From Cyanidioschyzon merolae (taxonomy: Eukaryota), in the NCBI GenBank assembly GCA_000091205.1, contig AP006487.2: a stretch of DNA of 64,000 nt; one strand, given 5' to 3'. Below, piece after piece: positions 56,372-64,000 of this stretch (the stretch's first letter is position 1; each line of letters opens with the position of its first letter). The notes under the pieces are model-generated. The model ran no database searches. It worked only from the letters and a program-made list of their open reading frames with translations, and was not told where the DNA came from. A program made the translations under genes and the position numbers.

Positions 56372-57409
56372 ATGCAACCGCTTCTGGTGCGCGCGATACG
56401 GCATGAGCAGGTTGAACGACCGCCTATTTGGCTCATGCGTCAGGCTGGCCGCCACATGAACGCATACCGTGAACTGTGCAAGCGACATCCGTCGTTTCGG
56501 GAACGCTCCGAGGTCGCCGCGCTGTCAACAGAGATCTCGTTACAGCCGTATCGTGCGTATCACCCGGATGCGGTGATTATGTTCTCGGATATCCTGACAC
56601 CGTTGCCAGGAATGGGCATAACCTTTGATATACCGGAGCGTGGACCAGTGGTTAGTCCACCTGTGCGGAGCTACGATGACTTGCAGCGCTTCCGTGAGAT
56701 GGATCCATACAAGTCGACGCCTTTTGTTCGAGAGACGCTGCAGACGCTGCGGCGTGTGGTTGAACCCGAGGTTGCAGTGCTTGGATTTGTAGGGGCTCCT
56801 TGGACGCTGCTCACATATTGCATTGAGGGCGGCTCGAGCCAGACATATTCGCAGATCAAGAAAGTAGCGTTCACCGAGCCAGCTCTGCTTCATGAGCTGC
56901 TTGCGAGAGTCACGGACAATTTGGCGATTTATGCGAACTTTCAGATCGAATGCGGTGCTGATGCAATTCAGATCTTTGACTCTTGGGCAGGGCAGTTAGC
57001 TCCATCGGATTTTGACGAGTTCGCGGGTCCGTATCTGAACCGGCTCGTCAGAGAGGTGAAAGCGTCGCACCCTGAGACGCCGCTGATTCTTTACATTAAT
57101 CAAGGCTCACATCTGCTGGAGCGCATGCGGGAGACTGGAGTCGATGTCGTCTCCGTTGACTGGACCATCGATATTGGGGAGGCTCGGTCACGGCTGGGCC
57201 CGCGCGTAGCCGTCCAAGGCAACATGGATCCAGCATGTTTGCTCGGGTCGCGAGAACTCATTCAACGGCGAGCTTACGAGATCATTACCAAGGCTGGGAA
57301 AACAGGACATATCATGAATCTTGGCCACGGGGTGCTCCCGGAGACTCCCGAGGAGAACGTACTCGAATTCTTTCGTCTCGTTCGTGGGTATCGCTATGAT
57401 GAGCACTAG
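56372..57409 (+). CDS. hemE: Uroporphyrinogen decarboxylase (UROD/HemE)
   Basis: PIWLMRQAGRHMNAYRELC is the UROD N-terminal signature; DAVIMFSDILTP and the full-length fold pattern also fit. The ORF is open from 56033. ATG was verified at 56372; an alternative upstream ATG at 56216 would add a ~50-aa extension. Confidence 0.8.
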   Translation: MQPLLVRAIRHEQVERPPIWLMRQAGRHMNAYRELCKRHPSFRERSEVAALSTEISLQPYRAYHPDAVIMFSDILTPLPGMGITFDIPERGPVVSPPVRSYDDLQRFREMDPYKSTPFVRETLQTLRRVVEPEVAVLGFVGAPWTLLTYCIEGGSSQTYSQIKKVAFTEPALLHELLARVTDNLAIYANFQIECGADAIQIFDSWAGQLAPSDFDEFAGPYLNRLVREVKASHPETPLILYINQGSHLLERMRETGVDVVSVDWTIDIGEARSRLGPRVAVQGNMDPACLLGSRELIQRRAYEIITKAGKTGHIMNLGHGVLPETPEENVLEFFRLVRGYRYDEH

Positions 57410-58466
57410 TACGACAAGTGCCGGCCTCGGTTCGGGTCGGCGTCTGGGAGCATCCCTCATCCGAGCATAGAGCAGATAAAGGTTGCTGCACGGAGGGCAG
57501 GTTTCCGAACCCTTTGTCAGCAGTCGTATTCTGGCGTTTGAAATGGAGATGACATTGAGAACGTGGGAAGCCGACGCTGCCTCGTCGACAAGCAGTGTCG
57601 CACTGCGATGTTGCGCATGGCCTGAAGACTCGTCCAGAGCGCCCGCTTGATCGAGTGCGGCGGGGTCTTGGTATCGTTGACACAGCATGCCATGAAACGC
57701 GGAAGACGAGAAACCGCATTCCGTTGACAGCGCATCACAAACTTGTGTTTACAGGGTGCGATATGGGCTCGTTCACGCGTCGAAGCTACCGTTAATATGA
57801 CAGCAACCTTAAGAGGTTTCAAGAACGAGCCTCATGCAATAGAATCGATTGCATCTGCTGCATCTGCGGGTACTTCCAGCTGTCTACGGCGGATGACCGA
57901 GTTTTGAATGCGTCTACATGCGTCCTTGACGGGCTCAGACACGCGGTTGCCGAAAAGTGACCAACGAGCGATACCTCTGCAAGCGGATCACCCGTCCATT
58001 CGTGTATTTGAATGAGGGCTTCGGTGGCACAAGGACTCGCTTACCCATTGCCTGCTCTCCAAGTGGACAGGGCTCCAAGTGTATGCACCACGAGGTCGCT
58101 AGAGCGCAGCGCAGCACGTGACTCGCTCTCGACCAGAGATACCCTCAAACGCAACCGCATGGATGAAACAAGTGCGTATCGGATTCCTGGCTTTGACAAA
58201 GCATGCAGGCATCGTTACAGGAATAGTCTCTAGCGTTCCAGTAGAGCGCTCGCAGCATATGCTACATGCACCGAGGCACCCAGGAATCCATCAGCTGTAC
58301 GACTGGACGCGAACAGCCTGTCACTGGCATGCCGGGCGATACGTACCGCGAAGCAGGTGGTGCAGCCTCCTCAAACTGGGATCCACCCGCAGTCCATCTC
58401 CCAAGACGTAGCTGTGGCATTTCTTAGCGTTATTGCCCCGATCATGATACTCGTAGATGATCGGAT

Positions 58467-61136
58467 TTACGTGCGTGAGAGCCTAAGCCATGTCTCTAGT
58501 GCGCACGTTCTCTCCAGACGCTTACGCGCTTCTGGGAATGCTAATAGTTGATGCAGCACCTGATCGACCAGCGGTTGCAGGCGATCTCGAAATCTAAGGG
58601 CGAAGGTTTTGCGTCCCACAAGATATGAATAAAGACGATGGCGTCTCAAAATAGCGTAAAAAGGATCCGAGGTGTCGTTACCTTCAAGAAGAAGCTGCAG
58701 CAGAAATTCGTGAACGCGCTCTTCCGGTGAATAGATCATCTCATGGACACCGGGGAGTTCCTCCATGAGCGACCAGCACGGACGCAGTAGCGTTACCTTC
58801 CAAGCGAACTTGAACAAATCATGGTTACCGTTTGTGACAATCTCTGCTAACGAGGCGAAGAGCGCACATTGGATACGGGGTAGCCTCTGATATGGCTGTG
58901 TGATGGACGAGCGCAGGACATCCAACACCGCCTGGACGAGACGGCGCTCACGAAGTTCCACTGCAACCGGCACAAGCCGATAAAACGTTGCCAGAATATC
59001 GTAGGCTTTGTGGCGGATCTCGTTCTGCTCCACAGCCAGCATGAAAAGGACCGATCGGAGCGCACCACTTTGAATAAAGTCGCGAGCGTCTCCGATGCGG
59101 GAATCGTAAAGCGCATCCAAATGGCGAGCATCCGGCGCTAGCACCTGCAGTACCTGCTGGCCTGCACGTGGTACGACCATAGCATTTTCCACGGATACTG
59201 GACTTGCCTCAGCAGGTGCTGGTGGTGGCGATGTGGTCTCAGAACCCGACCGCATGATCGCCATGCAGGCCTTGATATGCTTGAGACAATACTCCAGGTA
59301 GGGATCGCTGGTGCTCCGAACGCGTCGCTCGACTGCAATCCACAACGGCGATAGTTGAAAGCTCGTTTCACCCGGAGCCTGGCTGTGCAAAGCATCATCA
59401 AGAATGGCATAGGGCTTGCAAGTTGCTTCAGTGATGATGCGCTCAAACAGCGCTCTCGTGGACGGCGCAGCAAAACGCAGCAAATCTAACCAAAGGCTCG
59501 CTTCCAGCGAACACGTTTCGCCTGAGTGTGGATTACGCAGCAGGCCGTATTCGTTCAGGTATTGCAGGAAAAAGGCGTACAGCGGGGCTCTTGGAAGCGC
59601 CCTCAACTCGAAGAGATCCTGCAACCGGGTCGCTAGACGGATGCTCCGGTTCTGGGAGAACATTGCTCCGAGCGTTCGTACGAGTTCAGCGCCTGTGAAC
59701 GAACAAGCGTAAGTGATTGTTTCTGGTGCCTTTGGTATGATCTTTGTGAGGTCGAGACCAGACTGAAAAATCTGCTCAGGGCGCTTCTCGATGCACAGGC
59801 GGAGAAGACGCAAGCCGCGCGCAAGCCGGAGCGAACCGAGGGTATTGGAAGCTCGCATCGCCTCTTGTCGGATATAGTCAATCAGCACGGTTAATGACGG
59901 GATTGTCTTGCCTCCGTTTTCAAGTGCTGCAATCCACGCATTGCAAGTCACAAAGTCTAGTCGCATATTCTGCGGCAATGAGAATGCTGCTGTACATGTA
60001 CATTGCCGCAGCGCAGCGATCGCAAGGGCAACTTGCTCGCTTTTCCAGATCGATTGGCTTTGGTTGGTATCCTGGAGCGCTGACTCCGACGTAAGCGCTT
60101 TGAGAAATGCCAAAGACATTTCGGGGCCACCTGCTTGTAACATGCTTTGAGCGAGGCGAAGCTTGACGGAACTGGAAAGATTTTCGCGTGCGAGATATTG
60201 CGCTAGGGAGCGCTGGTCTCGAGTTTGCGCGATGATCTTGATCAGACCTGCTCGGTGTTGCTCGCCTCTTACGAACTCAACGATGCTAAGGAGGCTACCA
60301 AGCATACGACCGCTGTTGAGCCAGGTTGCCGTGCGGAGTACTCGAAGGAGTCGTCCTATATCATTGGCGCCTTGGCGAAACCGGATTCGTTGGAGCACCT
60401 GCCGAAGGAGTACTGCATACAGCTCTCGTAGGTCCGGGGCGAACGTATTCGAAGCGAGAGCGCTCGCGTCGAGCCACTGCAAAAGCGACTTTTCCAATGT
60501 TGTGGTTCTTTTCTCCAGTTCGGAGAGGCGCCTTCGCTTTCGTTGCTGTCTCTGGCGCTGCTTTTGCAAAAGCTGAACCAGCAAGTCGCGGTTTGGTTGC
60601 ACCGTCAAAAACGTTTCCCGTGCGTAACCGCTGCCGAAGCGGGCAACGGCAGCGAGAAGGCGAAGGGCACTCATCGTCAGAGCTGCCTGTTCGGATCGCA
60701 GAAACCCCTGCAGTACAGCGCGGTACTCCGTTAGCAGCGCCTGTGCTAACCCCTGAAAATCGACCGACTTCGCTTCTACTTCCGGCGATGTGGAGTGTTG
60801 GGTTCGATCATCTGCATTTGGAGTCAGAAGCGTTGCCAGCTGTGTTGCTGCTAAGGCTGCTTGACTGGGGTTAGCACTCACCAGTGCCGAAAGTAGGGTG
60901 CCCGCAGATGGCTGAGCATTTTCGTCTGCAACCTTCGCTGACTCGTGCCCTCGATGCATCTGGTTTGCACCAGCACCTTGGACTCCAAAGTCAGGTATCC
61001 CTGAGGTCATTGTCCAGGCCTTCAACGCCGTTCTAAGTCGAAGGACGGCAGTGTACAGTAGTGGCGAGAGGCCCGCCCTAGACAAGAAGTTTCCAATTGA
61101 TGTGCAGACGCCTCCCAGTTTTCCTCGACCGCCCAC
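58467..61136 (-). CDS. Large alpha-helical hypothetical protein (889-aa open frame; no ATG at the ORF-track start)
   Basis: A long uninterrupted minus-strand frame with Leu/Ala-rich helical-repeat character. The 5' end at 61134-61136 is GTG. The first in-frame Met is ~43 codons in (MTSGIPDF). A retroelement copy lies immediately upstream. Confidence 0.35.
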   Translation of the reverse strand: MGGRGKLGGVCTSIGNFLSRAGLSPLLYTAVLRLRTALKAWTMTSGIPDFGVQGAGANQMHRGHESAKVADENAQPSAGTLLSALVSANPSQAALAATQLATLLTPNADDRTQHSTSPEVEAKSVDFQGLAQALLTEYRAVLQGFLRSEQAALTMSALRLLAAVARFGSGYARETFLTVQPNRDLLVQLLQKQRQRQQRKRRRLSELEKRTTTLEKSLLQWLDASALASNTFAPDLRELYAVLLRQVLQRIRFRQGANDIGRLLRVLRTATWLNSGRMLGSLLSIVEFVRGEQHRAGLIKIIAQTRDQRSLAQYLARENLSSSVKLRLAQSMLQAGGPEMSLAFLKALTSESALQDTNQSQSIWKSEQVALAIAALRQCTCTAAFSLPQNMRLDFVTCNAWIAALENGGKTIPSLTVLIDYIRQEAMRASNTLGSLRLARGLRLLRLCIEKRPEQIFQSGLDLTKIIPKAPETITYACSFTGAELVRTLGAMFSQNRSIRLATRLQDLFELRALPRAPLYAFFLQYLNEYGLLRNPHSGETCSLEASLWLDLLRFAAPSTRALFERIITEATCKPYAILDDALHSQAPGETSFQLSPLWIAVERRVRSTSDPYLEYCLKHIKACMAIMRSGSETTSPPPAPAEASPVSVENAMVVPRAGQQVLQVLAPDARHLDALYDSRIGDARDFIQSGALRSVLFMLAVEQNEIRHKAYDILATFYRLVPVAVELRERRLVQAVLDVLRSSITQPYQRLPRIQCALFASLAEIVTNGNHDLFKFAWKVTLLRPCWSLMEELPGVHEMIYSPEERVHEFLLQLLLEGNDTSDPFYAILRRHRLYSYLVGRKTFALRFRDRLQPLVDQVLHQLLAFPEARKRLERTCALETWLRLSRT

Positions 61137-61209
61137 CCATTACTGCTTCCAACTTTTTCTCATACAGTTCGACATAAAGAGGTTGTCCAATAAAATTTCA
61201 TCTTGTCCA

Positions 61210-63365
61210 CTCTGGAGGTTTCGTCTCCAGCACCGAACATTTCCTGAGACTGATTTTTTTCCATTGCCAAAACGTTTACTCAGGCCAGCGTTCTCCGATT
61301 ATGCGCATTTTTCTTTTCCTACTTTTTTTGTTTTATTTTTTCAGTGCGCGGTGAAGTATCCGTCAACCCCCTACCTCCATGTTACATTACCCATACTTCA
61401 TCTCGGATATTCTGGTCGTTTCGTACGTCCTATTGTGTGTGCCTAGTGCCTGCCGAAAGCGACCGCAATGGCGCGTATAGCACCGGTGCGGTCGCTGCAC
61501 GGAGACAGAACGGCGTTGCCGTACCACAAAGGGTGTCGACTTGAGGCGTGGTATCGATGGTGTCCCTGTTGTCTCGTCTTTTGGGGTCGCAAGTTTCATC
61601 CACTCCGTCGCGATACCGTCGACGCCAGGTGTTTTGCGGTTGCTTGAGCATAGCAGGGTCTGAACATATTCAGTCCAGAAGATTGGGTCGTTCCATTCCG
61701 GTACCGATTCGAGGCGCAGTAGTTCTGCGGCATACTGGTGCCAATAGATTCGGTTTTGGCAGTGCCCAGTTGCGTCTTCATGCAGCTCTGGCCCGTGGTC
61801 CGTCCAGGCCTCATTCACTGAGGCACTCTCCGTCCTCAGCTCTTCCTCATAAACGATTGGTGTGAGCCCCAAGCACTTTTTTGGTGGGTCAAGTCTCGAT
61901 CGGATGTAGCGCCAAGTCTCATCTTCGTTGATGCTCTCTAGCATAGATTTCGCCAGGGAGGCGATTTTGCGGTTTCGATCCTCTCGTTTGTCTTCTCTGG
62001 AAAGTTTCTTCTTTCTTTTGATAGCTTCCTCATGTTGCGCCTGTAGCGCCGGTAGCGCTGCCTTCGCTTCCTTGTCTCCGGCGTTGGCGCGTATGGCGGT
62101 GCGGTTGACGATCTTGTTGAGTCGGTGGCATTCATCAATCCGAGTTTTGGTATGTCGTTTCAGGTACTGAGGTTTGCAACTGTTGCATTCTGGTGCAAGC
62201 AGTCCCAGTTCTCTGGCAATCTTCTGATTCCCATCTACAAACTCGCGTGCCAGTTGGTCTACGGATTTGCATGCACGGCTTTTCGGATCTTCAGCGCTGT
62301 GAGTAGGTGACTTGGCTTGGCGGCAGCTTTCTTGAGTTCCCGCTGGGGGTGCCCTTTCGGGGGATGACTTGTGATGGGCTCGCTGGAGCTCCCGCCTGTA
62401 GGCTCGTTCGGGAGTTCTTCTTTCTATTCTTCTGTTTTTTTTCTTGCTGGTCTACTTCTTCTTCGGGCTCTTTCCTGAGCTGCTTTCTCTGGTTATTTTG
62501 CATTTAGGTGGATCATGAGGTTTCTGTATCTCCTTCTCCGTACCTCGTTGGGTCTCTTTTCCTATTGTAGAATCCTCGACTTCTATCAGCTCTTCGTTAT
62601 AGTACTGGTGATTCGATATCTCGTCGTCCAGTGTCGAGGCTACACCCCAGATATTACAAGTTGTGAGACCTATCGAGTCATAGCACATAAGGGAATAGGA
62701 GTAGCGCTGCGGTACTCCGCAGATACGTCGTCGATTTAGACGCACCCTCCACGGGGTTTTTGAGCGCACATGCCACCAGCGCCTCCTGCATTCCAGTCGT
62801 TCATAGAATGCTTGCCGCTGCGCGAAGTTAGCATCAGAAGTACATTAGTCAAGGTCGATTCGAATGCGACCTTTATCTTGCCGGACGCGTGAAGCTACCC
62901 TCAACCACTGGGGATACTCTACGAACCACCCTTTCAGCAGCTTCGTATCCGCTCCCCAAACACATAGGCGGATAAGTCGCATATTCCAGCTTCAACCGCG
63001 AACATGCTGCCAGCCGTCTTCCAAAATATCCGCCGATATTTCTTCCAAAGTTTAGATAGGTACCAACGAAGGAGGTAAAACTGAGCCCGAGTTCAAGGAT
63101 GGATCCAGGCCTCACGCCCGAACCTGCAGCGTTGTTTCGGGAGCAGCAGATGACTGCTCAGAACTCTCGTCAATATTTTCTGCTGCTACTGCCTGCGCCC
63201 CTCTGTTCGTTGCAGTCAAGGTCCCTGGCGTGGGCTTCCTTCCCCGTCGCCCGAACACCCCGCGTTGACTCACTTTCAGAGCTCCTCTGGAAAAGCTAGA
63301 CCGCCAAGGCGAACGTGGGGTGTGGGGCTTTAAGATAGTTGTTCTTTGATAAATAGTTTGCGACT
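61210..63365 (-). mobile_element. LINE-like retroelement E, copy 2: internally deleted (RT lost), retaining the 5' region, ORF1-like region and 3' module X
   Basis: Region 62760-63365 is homologous to 14340-14955, including the terminal gataaatagtttgcgactagttt. ORF 62452-62769 matches 14032-14349. ORF 61387-61944 matches 13444-13860 and then jumps directly into X (61254-61560), which is homologous to 10713-10965 and to rc(10440-10700). Confidence 0.65.
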
Positions 63366-64000
63366 AGTTTCCTTTTTTTTTGACAAGTCAACCCCGCATC
63401 ATCGGATGCAATGCTGAGGAGCTCTGGACCGCTCGATCGTCGCCTTACCATAATATTTTGGGATGGACAGAGCTGTGTTTGCAGGGAAATCGCCCGCTTT
63501 TAGGCTCTTTCCGGTTATTCAGTTGTGCTCACGAGCTCTGCCCAAAGCACTATGAAACGCGGGGTTCGCATCGCGCGGTGAGCTGAATTGGTGATTGATG
63601 AACTGCTTGCGGGGCCTTGACAGGGTAGCGAGTGTGGAACGCAAACTTTTGGCTGGATGACCTTCAGCGATTGAAAGCGTCATCAAGTTTGCAGTTGTCC
63701 ATGGCAAAGTGCTTCACGAAGCCGCTCTTTTTGACAGCTTTGTGACCACAACGTCGAAGCAGGAACCCACAGTACCGGACCTGATCGACAATAGCGACTG
63801 GTCCGTGGTGCGACTGCTCATCCGACCCGATGTCGGTGCGAAGAACCTGCGCCAGCATGGCATCCTCGATCCGGGTCTTTTGCCGTGGAACATAGAACCT
63901 GCACCGCACGCCATACCGCACGAACGTTCGCTCTGGTCTCGCCTGTGGATGTTGCTCGTTATGGGCGCGCACGAGTCTGGTCTGGATCGTGCAAGGCTCC

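Overview
Eukaryotic nuclear DNA: the window encodes eL37, a TFIIH p62-like protein and a PAK/STE20 kinase. It is GC-rich and appears intron-poor, with compact genes on both strands and many spurious overlapping ORFs caused by the GC content. A stramenopile/oomycete-like source is plausible from DapA, a UK-UPRT fusion and the compact intronless genes, but this is only inference. Several ORF-track start codons are GTG/TTG; where possible I re-anchored CDSs to the first in-frame ATG, verified in the sequence. Recognisable genes: RING E3 (RNF5-like), PAK kinase, RPL37, TFIIH p62-like, PP2C, DapA, a DCC thiol-disulfide oxidoreductase, an ApaH-like phosphatase, a 4-TM membrane protein, a long-chain acyl-CoA synthetase, OLA1/YchF, mitochondrial bL19, a secreted Tyr/Lys-rich repeat protein, a uridine kinase-UPRT fusion, a glycosyltransferase-like membrane protein, UROD and a large helical protein. 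The most interesting region is 9.9-17 kb, with satellite copies at 22.5 kb, 35.5 kb and 61-63 kb. It holds two copies (one full-length but frameshifted, one internally deleted) of an endonuclease-less LINE-like retroelement, which I call E. It also holds four copies or fragments of a second repeat family, which I call F. F carries a degenerate ORF with a TnpB/Fanzor-type RuvC-I motif ([14 protein letters not shown]) and RuvC-III motif (NRDLNSAIKI / KRGFNAAINL). E and F share the same ~270-bp 3' terminal module, which I call X. X overlaps the 3' end of the TnpB-like ORF, where an omega-RNA would lie, and at 10.44-10.97 kb two X copies sit tail-to-tail as a long inverted repeat. This is a candidate, apparently undescribed, association between a Fanzor/TnpB-like (OMEGA-type) element and a LINE 3' tail. 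The call rests on motifs and copy comparison only, and every copy here is decayed. Other repeats: a 130-bp x3 satellite, a 1.1-kb direct repeat pair flanking a 10-kb gene block, and several microsatellites.
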